A stretch of 53,281 bases of DNA, from the NCBI GenBank assembly GCA_041739675.1, contig JBGSNL010000009.1, positions 1-53,281 on the forward strand. The letters are read 5' to 3'. The first letter of the stretch is position 1. Each line of letters opens with the position of its first letter. This DNA is from a bacterium (GTDB taxonomy: Bacteria > UBA10199 > 2-02-FULL-44-16 > DYJF01). Of this stretch, positions 17,518-26,693 are shown one piece after another. The notes under the pieces were generated by a model that saw nothing but the letters and a program-made list of their open reading frames with translations, was not told the DNA's origin and did no database searches. The translations under genes were made by a program, and so were the position numbers.

Positions 17518-18324
17518 TTATCCCATATCTAGCGTTGTATCGTCGTCCGGAACCGCGATTTTGTCCAGATCCACGACCTCGGCCATGACTGCAGTGATGT
17601 TGTCGTCTCCGCCGCGCTCGTTGGCTATATCTATCAACCTTGCGACCGCGGCCTCAAGATCGTTATTGATAACAATATCTTTTATCTCGTCGTCGGCGAT
17701 CAGATTGCTAAGTCCGTCTGTGCAAAGAAGAAAACGGTCGCCGACCTTTACGGGGCGGATATCGACATCCGAGTCGACGTCCTCCTGAAAGCCCACCGAG
17801 CGGGTTATTATGTTCTTCAGCCTGTTGACCCTTGAATCGTCCGCTGAAAGAAGGCCGGCACGGATCTGCTCGCCCACCAGGGAATGATCCTTCGTGATTT
17901 GATTTATCTTTTTGCCGCGGATGCGGTAGACGCGCGAATCGCCGACGTTGGCTATGTAGGCCTTGTTGTTTCTGAAAAGGAGGGCCACCGTTGTGGTGCC
18001 CATGCCGTGCAGGGCCGCTTCCTCATTGGCCTTGTCGAAGATACGGCGGGAGGCCTCGCTGATGGCAAAACGCAGACAATTGGAATAGTCACCGGCCTTG
18101 AGCTGTTCCCCCTCCGGGAGGGTCATCTCAGGGTCATCTTCAAGGGATTTTACGACTTCGTCGATTGTCGCCACCGCCAGCTTGCTGGCATATTCGCCGC
18201 CCAGGTGGCCGCCCATGCCGTCGGCCACAAGGTAGAGCAGGCGCTCGTCATTGATGAGATACGAGTCCTCGTTTTTCTGGCGGCGGCGGCCTACATCGGA
18301 ATGTCCGAACGACTTGATCAGCAT
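17518..18324 (-). CDS. PP2C-type Ser/Thr phosphatase (Stp1/IreP family)
   Basis: NEDS, VADGMGGH, GMGTT, NVGDSR, CTDGL, GGDDNIT. Confidence 0.95.
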   Translation of the reverse strand: MLIKSFGHSDVGRRRQKNEDSYLINDERLLYLVADGMGGHLGGEYASKLAVATIDEVVKSLEDDPEMTLPEGEQLKAGDYSNCLRFAISEASRRIFDKANEEAALHGMGTTTVALLFRNNKAYIANVGDSRVYRIRGKKINQITKDHSLVGEQIRAGLLSADDSRVNRLKNIITRSVGFQEDVDSDVDIRPVKVGDRFLLCTDGLSNLIADDEIKDIVINNDLEAAVARLIDIANERGGDDNITAVMAEVVDLDKIAVPDDDTTLDMG

Positions 18325-18373
18325 GTTTTTCCACTTCTAAATAAAAATTGAACCTTTGAAAAGCAAAAATCTA

Positions 18374-19738
18374 TCAGCCCGCACCGCTCAACTGCACCTC
18401 AGGAATGAATATTGATGGCGAGCCGTGATTGGCTATGAATTTGAGATCGGTGCCCACCGCGGCAACTCTTTTCAAAAGATCGTGGATGTTGCCGGCCACA
18501 ATGACGCCGCGGACAGCTCTACCCTTCGCTCCATTCTCCAGCTGGAACCCTTCCGCGCCGAGGGAAAAATCCCCGGTGACGGGGTTTGCAGTGTGCAGCC
18601 CCATCACATCTGTGATGAGAAAACCTTTTTGCGCCATGGACATGAGCTTCGCCTGGTTCGTGTCGCCCTGCCCTACACAGCAATTGGAAACTGCGATGGA
18701 GGCGGTCTTGTGGACGGAGGATCGGTGGCTCGAGCCCGTCGACAGTTTGCCGTCGCGGGCCGCGCGCTGCGTATCGTAGAGCCAGTTTGTGACGACCCCC
18801 TCCTTGACAAGGATCGTCCTTCTCTTTTGCACCCCTTCATCGTCGAATGGAAAGCTCCCAAAGCCGTCTGGGTAAAGGCCGTCATCGATAATTGTGACGA
18901 GCGGACTGTATATCGCCTTCCCCTTCTTGCCGGCGATGGCCGATTTTCCCCTCTGTACGTTGTCGGCGAAAAAGGAGTGGGCCAGAACTCTCAAGAGTTG
19001 CGCTGCCGGCCTCGGTTCAAAGACTATGTCGTAACGGCCGGTCGGCAAAGGAGCCGCCCCCAAGAGACTCAGCGATCTTCTTGCGGCGCTTTTGGCCGCG
19101 GCCGCAACGTCCAGATCCTCAAAGCGGGGCGAAAACGAAAAATCCCAGCCGCTCTCCTGATCGGGCCCCTCTTCCGCAACGGCGCGCACCTCACATGATG
19201 CGATCTGCCGGCTGGCGCTGCGGTTGATGCCGTGCGAGTTGAATATCATGACTTGTCTTATCGATTCTTCGTAGAGGGGCTGCCTCACCCTTGCGATCTT
19301 CGGGCTCTCGTTTTTTGCCAGGCGCTCAAGCTCGATGGCGACTGCGATTTTTTTCGATTCAGGTATCTCGCCCAACGGTGTTCCCTTTTTTTCGACGATC
19401 CCGCCCTCGGAGCTTTCCCTTCCCTTTCTCGCCTTCACGGGTTTGGGGATGACCGATTCCTCTGACGGGGCCGCCTCTTCCACATTGGCGACGACAGAAG
19501 TGACCAGCCGGTCAAGCGAGCTCGCGGTAAAATCGGTGGACGAGCCCCAGCCGATCCTGTGATCTTTGAGCGCGCGGACGGCCACACCGCGCTGGTCGAC
19601 CTTTGCAAACGATTCCACTTCGCCGCCTCTGGCTTCGACAGAGAAACGTCTCTCGCCTATGAAACAGATCTCAAAGGCATCGAGGGATTCCGATTCGAGA
19701 CGGTCTTTCAGCTCGTTTATGATTTTTTCCGGTTCCAT
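18374..19738 (-). CDS. TldD/PmbA family protein (PmbA-like)
   Basis: SFPFDDEG, HTANPVTGDFSLG, AGNIHDLL. Confidence 0.9.
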   Translation of the reverse strand: MEPEKIINELKDRLESESLDAFEICFIGERRFSVEARGGEVESFAKVDQRGVAVRALKDHRIGWGSSTDFTASSLDRLVTSVVANVEEAAPSEESVIPKPVKARKGRESSEGGIVEKKGTPLGEIPESKKIAVAIELERLAKNESPKIARVRQPLYEESIRQVMIFNSHGINRSASRQIASCEVRAVAEEGPDQESGWDFSFSPRFEDLDVAAAAKSAARRSLSLLGAAPLPTGRYDIVFEPRPAAQLLRVLAHSFFADNVQRGKSAIAGKKGKAIYSPLVTIIDDGLYPDGFGSFPFDDEGVQKRRTILVKEGVVTNWLYDTQRAARDGKLSTGSSHRSSVHKTASIAVSNCCVGQGDTNQAKLMSMAQKGFLITDVMGLHTANPVTGDFSLGAEGFQLENGAKGRAVRGVIVAGNIHDLLKRVAAVGTDLKFIANHGSPSIFIPEVQLSGAG

Positions 19739-21345
19739 AACATCTCTTTCGCGTGTCTTCTTGTCGCCTCGGTAATCTCCGCACCGCCGAGCATTCTTGC
19801 CAGCTCCTCCGTTCTTTGGTCGTCCGACAAGGGCTCGATTGCGGCGACGGTCCTGCCCTTCACGACTTTTTTCGTCACGGCAAAATGATTCTCGCCGAAG
19901 GAGGCGATCTGCGGAAGATGCGTGATGCAGATCACCTGACGCGATTTTGCAACTTCAGAGAGCTTTTTGCCGACGACCTCCGCGGTTGCGCCGCCGATAC
20001 CGGAGTCAACCTCGTCGAATATGGAAGTGCAAACGGCCGCGTCACGATCCGACAACGCCCGTTTTATTGCAAGCATTATGCGCGAGAGTTCGCCGCCCGA
20101 CGCGATCTTTGAAAGCGGGCGCGGCTCCTCGCCGATGTTGGGCGAGATCAGAAATTCCATCCGCTCCGCACCTTCGCCGTCCCACTCGTTTTCAGGGAGC
20201 GGCGAGATATTCACGACGAACTTAAGCTTTTTGAAACCCAAAGATTGCGTTTCATTTTCAACCGCAGCAGTCAGCTTCAGGGCGGCGTCCTTCCTTTTCT
20301 TTGTGAGATCCTTTGCGATGGAGGCGCGAGTTGCCGCCGCATCATTCAATACTTTTTCCTTCTCCGCTATCACGTCGTCAAAACGCTCCGTTTCATCCGC
20401 CTCTTTTTTGAGCGATTCAAATTTTTCAATGCACGATTCAATTGTGCCGCCGTGTTTTCTCTTCAGATTTTTTAGAAGATGGATTCGTTCGTCGATCTCT
20501 TCAAGGCGGGCCGGATCGGAGTTCAGTTTTTCCGTGTAGCGTTTCACATCGCGCGCGACGTCGGCAAGAGTTGAGGATGCGTTCGCGACGGATTCCCTCC
20601 ACGCCCCGACAGACGGGTCGAACTGCTGGCACGAAACCAAAGACTGCTCCACGTTTCCCAGAAGCTCGCACGCGGAGCCGGTAGATTCGTAGAGCAGCGC
20701 CTCGACCTCTTTCATCTTCGATTCAAGCTGCACGGCGTGCCTGATGCGCGCACGCTCCGCCTCCAGCTCTTCGTCTTCTTTTGCCTTCAGGTTCGCGTTC
20801 TTGAGTTCAGTCATCTGAAATTTCACGAATTCCAGCCGGTCTTTTGCCTCTTTTTCGTTTGCACGCAGTTTTTCCAGATCGCACCGCGCCGCCACGAAGG
20901 AGTCGTGCGCGCCGCGGTATTTTGCCGCAAGAGATTTGAGACCGCCCACCTGATCCACTATCGCAATGTGCGTCCCGTCCTTCAAAAGCTCCTGATGTTC
21001 GTGCTGCGATGACATGTCGACCAGACGCTCGGCTGCCTCTTTGAGCATCTGTTGCGTTGCCGGAACGCCGTTGATCGTGATTTTCCCTTTACCCGTGGTG
21101 GACACGACGCGGTGGATGATCGTATCTTCCTCTCCGTGCTCGAAGACCGCAGTTACCGACGCCTTTTCCTCCCCCGTGCGTATGAGCTCCGAAGAAGCAC
21201 GATCGCCGAGAATGAGATTCAGCGCCTGAACGACGATCGTCTTTCCCGCGCCCGTTTCGCCCGTTATGATGTTGAGACCGCGGCCGAATTCGACTTCCAG
21301 CCGGTCTATGATCGCGAAATTTTCGATGTGGAGAGACCTTAGCAT
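19717..21345 (-). CDS. recN: DNA repair protein RecN
   Basis: TGETGAGKT, IASGGELSR, IFDEVDSGIGG, CITHLPQIA. Confidence 0.97.
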   Translation of the reverse strand: MLRSLHIENFAIIDRLEVEFGRGLNIITGETGAGKTIVVQALNLILGDRASSELIRTGEEKASVTAVFEHGEEDTIIHRVVSTTGKGKITINGVPATQQMLKEAAERLVDMSSQHEHQELLKDGTHIAIVDQVGGLKSLAAKYRGAHDSFVAARCDLEKLRANEKEAKDRLEFVKFQMTELKNANLKAKEDEELEAERARIRHAVQLESKMKEVEALLYESTGSACELLGNVEQSLVSCQQFDPSVGAWRESVANASSTLADVARDVKRYTEKLNSDPARLEEIDERIHLLKNLKRKHGGTIESCIEKFESLKKEADETERFDDVIAEKEKVLNDAAATRASIAKDLTKKRKDAALKLTAAVENETQSLGFKKLKFVVNISPLPENEWDGEGAERMEFLISPNIGEEPRPLSKIASGGELSRIMLAIKRALSDRDAAVCTSIFDEVDSGIGGATAEVVGKKLSEVAKSRQVICITHLPQIASFGENHFAVTKKVVKGRTVAAIEPLSDDQRTEELARMLGGAEITEATRRHAKEMLWNRKKS

Positions 21346-21437
21346 CGTCTGGAATCCTATATCGCACGACTTATCGGCGTGTCATCTAATTTGTTGCGCA
21401 TAAAATGAGGTATATGGTAGGCAGGTTTTGCCTATTT

Positions 21438-22763
21438 ATGACAGACCTATTCACAGCCAAAAAGGCGGCGGGGAGGGCCATACAGCGGGCCGTCAAGGTG
21501 CCGCTGGCCGAGAGAATGCGGCCCCGGACTTTGGATGAGTTCGTGGGGCAGACACATCTCATCGGCGATGGAAAGCCTTTGAGCTCTCTCATCGAGGCGG
21601 ACAGCATCCCTTCCATTATTTTCTGGGGGCCGCCGGGAACCGGCAAGACGACGCTGGCGCGCATCATTGCGAATCAGACGAAGGCGAAATTTTTTCATCT
21701 ATCCGCCGTCTTGTCCGGAGTGGCCGACCTTCGCGAAATAATTCAGCGGGCGCGGATGGAGCGGGAGCAGAACGACAGCATCAACATAGTATTCGTGGAC
21801 GAAATTCACCGATGGAACAAAGCGCAGCAGGACGCGCTTCTGCCGCACGTCGAGGATGGGACGATCACAATTGTCGGATCGACGACGGAGAATCCTTCGT
21901 TCGAAGTGATTGGCCCGCTTCTTTCGCGCACCAAGGTTTACTGCTTAAATCCGCTATCGGAGGAGGACATAAAAACCGTAGTTCTCCGCGCGTTGAAAGA
22001 CAATGAGCGCGGTCTGGGAAAATCCGGCCTGGGCGTTGAAGATGACGCGATGGATTTCATCTGCAACACGGCCGACGGCGATGCAAGGCGGGCGCTCAAC
22101 ACTCTGGAGATCGCCGCGGATCTGATCAAGGGAAAGAAGATCGCGCTGAAGGATGCGGAGGCGGCGGTTCAGAAAAAAAGTTTGCTCTACGATAAGAAAG
22201 GCGAGGAGCACTACAACGTCATCTCAGCGTTCATAAAAAGCATGCGAGGCTCCGATCCCGACGCGGCGGTCTATTATCTTGCGCGCATGCTGGAGGCGGG
22301 CGAGGATCCTCTTTTTGTCGCGCGGCGCATGGTGATATTCGCAAGCGAGGATATAGGAAACGCCGATCCGCAGGCGGTGCAGGTCGCGATATCGTGCATG
22401 CAGTCATTCGATTTTGTGGGGATGCCCGAGGGGTGGATACCGCTCGCGCAGTGCGCGACTTATCTTGCATCCGCGCCGAAGAGTAACGCATCTTACAAGG
22501 CGTATCTCCGGGCACGCTCCGACGTCTCCGAATTGGGCGTTCTGCCGACACCGCTCCACATAAGAAATGCGCCGACAAAACTCATGGAAGAATTGAAATA
22601 CGGAGAGGGATACAAATATCCGCACGACTTTGAGGGCCACTTCGCATCCGGAGTCACTTATCTTCCCGAAAAGCTGAAGGGGAAAGTGTATTACGATCCC
22701 ACCGAGAACGGTTACGAGCGCGTCATAAGGGAGAGGTTAAAGAATTTGAAATCAAAGAAGTGA
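21438..22763 (+). CDS. rarA: Replication-associated recombination protein A (RarA/MgsA)
   Basis: [49 protein letters not shown]; start likely MTDLF. Confidence 0.96.
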   Translation: MTDLFTAKKAAGRAIQRAVKVPLAERMRPRTLDEFVGQTHLIGDGKPLSSLIEADSIPSIIFWGPPGTGKTTLARIIANQTKAKFFHLSAVLSGVADLREIIQRARMEREQNDSINIVFVDEIHRWNKAQQDALLPHVEDGTITIVGSTTENPSFEVIGPLLSRTKVYCLNPLSEEDIKTVVLRALKDNERGLGKSGLGVEDDAMDFICNTADGDARRALNTLEIAADLIKGKKIALKDAEAAVQKKSLLYDKKGEEHYNVISAFIKSMRGSDPDAAVYYLARMLEAGEDPLFVARRMVIFASEDIGNADPQAVQVAISCMQSFDFVGMPEGWIPLAQCATYLASAPKSNASYKAYLRARSDVSELGVLPTPLHIRNAPTKLMEELKYGEGYKYPHDFEGHFASGVTYLPEKLKGKVYYDPTENGYERVIRERLKNLKSKK

Positions 22764-23597
22764 ATAGAGAATCACGCCCAGGCCCACCACCCAGCAATAA
22801 ACAGCAAAGAGTGAGAAGCGCGCATTGCGCATGATGGCAAGCATCCACCGGACGCAGAGATAACCCACGATAAAAGAGGCAAGCGTTCCAAGAAGGGTCG
22901 GCACTAAATTTTCCTGCGAGATGAAACGCAGGTTCTTCCACTCAAGAAGGCCGGCGCCGCCGATGGCGATGACCGAGAGAAGAAAGGAATATTTCGCGGC
23001 GAGCTGGCGATCGAGTTTTGTGAACAGACCCATGGAGATTGTGCTGCCGGAGCGCGAGATGCCGGGAATGATTGCGCAAGCCTGTGCCAACCCAACAGCG
23101 ATTGCGTGCCACCATTTCATACCGGAAAGTTTGACGTCGTTTCTTTTCACGAAGCGCGTGGCGAAAAGAATGCAGCCCGTGACCATGAGTGAAATTCCCA
23201 CCGGAAACATCTTTGTGAAAAGACTCTCGAAGAAATCCTTGAAGGCAAATCCCAAAATGACGGCCGGCACGGTGCCAAGGAGAATCAGCCAGACGGCACG
23301 GAACCCCTGGCCGGATGAAAATCCGCCGGAGAGCTCTTCCGCATCTTTTTCACCCGTTTGCGATTTTGCAAAGAGACCTTTCATGATGACGACCACTTCA
23401 TCTCGGAGCGCCAGGAGAACCGCGAAGAGGGTTCCAATGTGCAGGCACACATCGAAGGCAACGATGGGCCCAGCTTCCATATCGAGGTTGAAAAGATGTT
23501 GAAAAATTACGAGGTGGGCCGAACTTGAAACGGGCAGAAACTCCGTTGCTCCCTGAACGATACCAAGAATTACAGCGTGGATGAGATTTATGTGCAT
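22752..23597 (-). CDS. uppP: Undecaprenyl-diphosphate phosphatase
   Basis: QGATEFLPVSSSAHL, PGISRSGST; start MHINL at 23597 (the longer ORF runs through tRNA-Asp). Confidence 0.95.
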   Translation of the reverse strand: MHINLIHAVILGIVQGATEFLPVSSSAHLVIFQHLFNLDMEAGPIVAFDVCLHIGTLFAVLLALRDEVVVIMKGLFAKSQTGEKDAEELSGGFSSGQGFRAVWLILLGTVPAVILGFAFKDFFESLFTKMFPVGISLMVTGCILFATRFVKRNDVKLSGMKWWHAIAVGLAQACAIIPGISRSGSTISMGLFTKLDRQLAAKYSFLLSVIAIGGAGLLEWKNLRFISQENLVPTLLGTLASFIVGYLCVRWMLAIMRNARFSLFAVYCWVVGLGVILYSLL

Positions 23598-23610
23598 CAC
23601 AGATTTTTTG

Positions 23611-23684
23611 CGGGGACGACGAGGCTCGAACTCGCAACCTCCGCCGTGACAGGGCGGCGATCTAACCGATTGATCTACGTCCCC
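23611..23684 (-). tRNA. tRNA-Asp(GUC), CCA not encoded
   Basis: GGGGACGTAGATCAATCGGTTAGATCGCCGCCCTGTCACGGCGGAGGTTGCGAGTTCGAGCCTCGTCGTCCCCG folds as a cloverleaf. Confidence 0.95.
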
Positions 23685-23693
23685 AAAAACTAC

Positions 23694-23784
23694 GGGCGTA
23701 AGGTATAAGGCGTAAGGCACAAGGAAATCAATAAATTATTTTCGGCCATTAACCTTGAGCCCTAAGCCTGATACCCTGCGCCTG
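23694..23784. repeat. Inverted pair of heptamer arrays between the tRNAs
   Basis: GGGCGTA AGGTATA AGGCGTA AGGCACA AGG ... CCT TGAGCCC TAAGCCT GATACCC TGCGCCT. Confidence 0.75.
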
Positions 23785-23793
23785 CTTTTATTG

Positions 23794-23865
23794 TGGGCGT
23801 TGCAGGGTTTGAACCTGCGACATCCGCCGTGTAAGGACGGCGCTCTACCGCTGAGCTAAACGCCC
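23794..23865 (-). tRNA. tRNA-Val(UAC), CCA not encoded
   Basis: GGGCGTTTAGCTCAGCGGTAGAGCGCCGTCCTTACACGGCGGATGTCGCAGGTTCAAACCCTGCAACGCCCA. Confidence 0.95.
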
Positions 23866-23870
23866 GATCT

Positions 23871-24452
23871 TCAAAACCTTGCACAAAGGGACGGACCGAT
23901 GTTCAAGAGCATGTAATCGTCCGAATAACCTACGTACACGAACTTGATCTGTCCGCCCACCCCCCAATGATTCGAGAAGTAATATTCAACTCCCGCGCCG
24001 ATGTCGACACCAAAACTCACCTTGGTCGTGCCTGCGCCGATACCCCCGGTATTCGACGCGATTTTCGTGATATAGGGGCCCGGGGCCACAAAAAACCAGT
24101 ATCTCGCCCGATCGAAAATGTCGCCCGTCTCTGGATCGTAATCGGAGGGCTTCACTAGCACTTTCAGGCCGATGCCGATTCCTATCATATCAAGGCCGCC
24201 GGCGAACCATTTATTCTTCTGCGAGCTGTGGACGTACATAACCTCAAGAGCCGGATACAGATGGCGCGTCGCCTCTACAGCCCCTTCCATGTTCAGCATC
24301 AGATCGGGGAATTTGCGGATGTTGAACGCCTGATCGTTCATGAGCCCGAGATATCCCCATCCGGGACTGAGCTTGAGATTAAACTCGCGGGCTTGGGCTA
24401 CGCCGGAAAATAATATGCAGGACAATATGCCCAGAAAAATGATCTTTTTCAT
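23871..24452 (-). CDS. Outer membrane beta-barrel protein (OmpA/OmpW-like, 8-stranded)
   Basis: Signal peptide, amphipathic strands (FGVDIGAGVEYYF), C-terminal Phe. Confidence 0.75.
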   Translation of the reverse strand: MKKIIFLGILSCILFSGVAQAREFNLKLSPGWGYLGLMNDQAFNIRKFPDLMLNMEGAVEATRHLYPALEVMYVHSSQKNKWFAGGLDMIGIGIGLKVLVKPSDYDPETGDIFDRARYWFFVAPGPYITKIASNTGGIGAGTTKVSFGVDIGAGVEYYFSNHWGVGGQIKFVYVGYSDDYMLLNIGPSLCARF

Positions 24453-24515
24453 GGATCCCCCTGACTTGAGGGGGCATTCTAATACCTTTTTTTATATGAG
24501 GCAAATCTTCTTTGG

Positions 24516-25133
24516 TCACGGACCGAGCTGTGCTGAAAACCAGCCGCCTGTCAGGGCGTCCAGCACAGCCGTCTCTTTTTCCATGGCAAGTTGCCTTATG
24601 AAGAGCTCGTGTTTCTTTTTGGGGATCTCGGAGTCGGGCACCTTTTTCGCATCAATCTCTAAAATCTCGCCTATCAGCTTTTTTCTCTCAAAATAGTGTT
24701 TGTTCACCGCGTCGAGGAGCACATTTCGTTCACGCACGATATTGAGCGCCTCCCGGGAGACATTGAGAGAATCCCTGCTAAAGATGAGTTCGTTGAGCGC
24801 CCAAACTGCCTTCACGCCAAAACTCTGCTGCGCGTCCGCGCTCTCTTTGTACGAACCCTCCTCTGGGCCGACGACGACATTGTCGCTTCCCACATAAACG
24901 TTATCATTCACGTCGACGTTCACGTAATTTCTGAGGCGGCTGATATAATCGAACTGAAGACGCGGAAGCGCCGCCGAAACTTTTGCGCGCTTTTTCCATT
25001 TCGCAGCCTCATTCATATCGATGCGCGCGTAATCTATGGCCACCTGTTGGACGTCCCTGACGTCCGGCCCCTCCGGGATGGCAGGCATTTTGGCGGCAAT
25101 CTGGCCCACGATTGCTAAAATGACGAGCAGCAT
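24516..25133 (-). CDS. Hypothetical protein (possibly exported; weak resemblance to TolC-type helices and strands)
   Basis: Hydrophobic N-terminus, AALPRLQF, LDALTGG; fits gene spacing. Confidence 0.55.
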   Translation of the reverse strand: MLLVILAIVGQIAAKMPAIPEGPDVRDVQQVAIDYARIDMNEAAKWKKRAKVSAALPRLQFDYISRLRNYVNVDVNDNVYVGSDNVVVGPEEGSYKESADAQQSFGVKAVWALNELIFSRDSLNVSREALNIVRERNVLLDAVNKHYFERKKLIGEILEIDAKKVPDSEIPKKKHELFIRQLAMEKETAVLDALTGGWFSAQLGP

Positions 25134-25145
25134 GCCATCTGTTTT

Positions 25146-25161
25146 AGCAATCTTTGTGCCA
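25146..25161 (-). promoter_or_regulatory. Sigma-54 (-24/-12) promoter
   Basis: Minus strand TGGCACAAAGATTGCT matches TGGCAC-N5-TTGCW, just upstream of ATG 25133. Confidence 0.6.
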
Positions 25162-25249
25162 CACTTTTTTTGCGGAAATGACCTTTATAAAAAAAAGAAC
25201 ACTCGTCGCTGCATGATTTTCATGCGCTGTGACCGAAATTGCTGCAAAT

Positions 25250-25282
25250 AAAAAAGCCCGCCGGAAATCCTGGCGGGCTTTT
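25250..25282 (-). terminator. Intrinsic terminator after the M48 gene (bidirectional)
   Basis: AAAAAAGCCCGCCGG-AAAT-CCTGGCGGGCTTTT. Confidence 0.85.
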
Positions 25283-25300
25283 GTCGATCAAATCCATGCC

Positions 25301-26158
25301 CTACCGGCGGGCGATCGCCTTGTAGCGATTCGTCCTCACCTCTGCCACCTGATGGCTCAAATTTTCCTTCTCAATCTCGGCCTTCAGATCCTTGATCCTC
25401 GCCTCCGTCTTGGGATGCGACGCAAACGGGCCCCTGTTCATATCGGCCCCCTTCTCCTGCTCGATTTGCAAAAACGCCACAACACCGTTCGGATCGTATC
25501 CGGCCGCCGATGCGTAACGAACGCCGGCCGAATCGGCATTTCTCTCGTCGCCCTGGCTGTAGCCGCTCTCGATAACCTTTTTGCCAACGTCGCTGATCAC
25601 ACCCGTAAACACGTTGGCCAGATCCTTGACTTCAGCCGGCGAAAAACGCCCTGCCGCTTCGCCCGCCGCATAGAAACCCAGATCGGTCCACTTGCTCTTT
25701 TTTATAGAGTTGATGCCGTCACGATGCGCGACGTGCGCGATCTCATGACCCAGAATTGCGGCAAGCTGGTCTTCGCTTCCCACTTCTTTTAAGAGTGCCG
25801 TCGTCACGAAGATGAAACCGCCGGGGCAGGCAAACGCGTTTGCATCAGCGCTACTTACCACGGCGAAGTGGTAACCGCCGTACGTCTCGGGACGCTCCGA
25901 ACTGTATGCCACCACAAGCCCGACTTCGTTCAGATACTTCGTGAGCGCCGGATCCTGAACCAGCGGATATTTATCTATCACCATAGCGGCGACAGCGCGC
26001 CCGATGTAATGTTCCTCGGATGGTGTGATGTCCTTGCTGGCCTCGGCCATTTTCTGCGCGCCGGTCACAGCCGTGCCGATTGCGCTGCCGATGTCGAATG
26101 CCTGCGCATTCGCCGCGAAAAATGAAGCAACCATCAAGATAATGATATATTTTTTCAT
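25301..26158 (-). CDS. M48 family metallopeptidase, exported
   Basis: NAFACPGG, LGHEIAH (HExxH), ERNAD, SHP motifs; signal peptide. Confidence 0.92.
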   Translation of the reverse strand: MKKYIIILMVASFFAANAQAFDIGSAIGTAVTGAQKMAEASKDITPSEEHYIGRAVAAMVIDKYPLVQDPALTKYLNEVGLVVAYSSERPETYGGYHFAVVSSADANAFACPGGFIFVTTALLKEVGSEDQLAAILGHEIAHVAHRDGINSIKKSKWTDLGFYAAGEAAGRFSPAEVKDLANVFTGVISDVGKKVIESGYSQGDERNADSAGVRYASAAGYDPNGVVAFLQIEQEKGADMNRGPFASHPKTEARIKDLKAEIEKENLSHQVAEVRTNRYKAIARR

Positions 26159-26183
26159 AAGTGAATCTCCTTTACCTTTGAGC

Positions 26184-26639
26184 TTATTTCAATTTTCCGG
26201 CGGCCGCAAACGCGTTCAGCTGCGGCAGCGGCACTGTTTGCGATTCCACCCAATCGACCTTTGAGTATGCGGCTGCAAGGTTCGGATTGTCTCTCTTGTA
26301 TTGGGCCTCAACCTGCGGGTTGAAACCTTTTCCGGCAAGAGCCACTTCGTCGCGCGATGCGCCCTGGCCAGAAAATTTCGCGTCCGCGTTGACATCGACG
26401 GAGTGTTTCGTCACTGCTGTTTTGGGTATCCATCCCGACGGGGAAGATATCTTCACCCAGCTCCCGTCCTCGTCGCCTGTCTCCACCTTTGCACCGTAAC
26501 CAAGCTTCCCCACACTTCCCGACATATAATTGGGGGAACTTTTCACGTCCACCTCGCGCACCTGGACGTTCATAGACGCCGCCCATGCGCTGCCTGCCAG
26601 AAACGCCACGGCAAGCACGGCCAAAAGCAATTTCCTCAT
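26184..26639 (-). CDS. Exported SH3-domain protein
   Basis: Signal peptide, WVKI...GWIPK bacterial SH3 pattern, ALAGKGF. Confidence 0.75.
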   Translation of the reverse strand: MRKLLLAVLAVAFLAGSAWAASMNVQVREVDVKSSPNYMSGSVGKLGYGAKVETGDEDGSWVKISSPSGWIPKTAVTKHSVDVNADAKFSGQGASRDEVALAGKGFNPQVEAQYKRDNPNLAAAYSKVDWVESQTVPLPQLNAFAAAGKLK

Positions 26640-26693
26640 ACTTACCTCCCGCCCGCCTCGCCTCGCGAGCTCGTCTCGCGTGTCGGGCTGGGC

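Noticed and set aside
23598..23720. N-terminal extension of uppP in the ORF track
   Set aside because: It runs through tRNA-Asp; the real start is ATG 23597
26648..26693. GC-rich imperfect palindrome between the cyclase and SH3 genes, as a possible REP element
   Set aside because: Single degenerate copy in the window; cannot be tied to the RAYT
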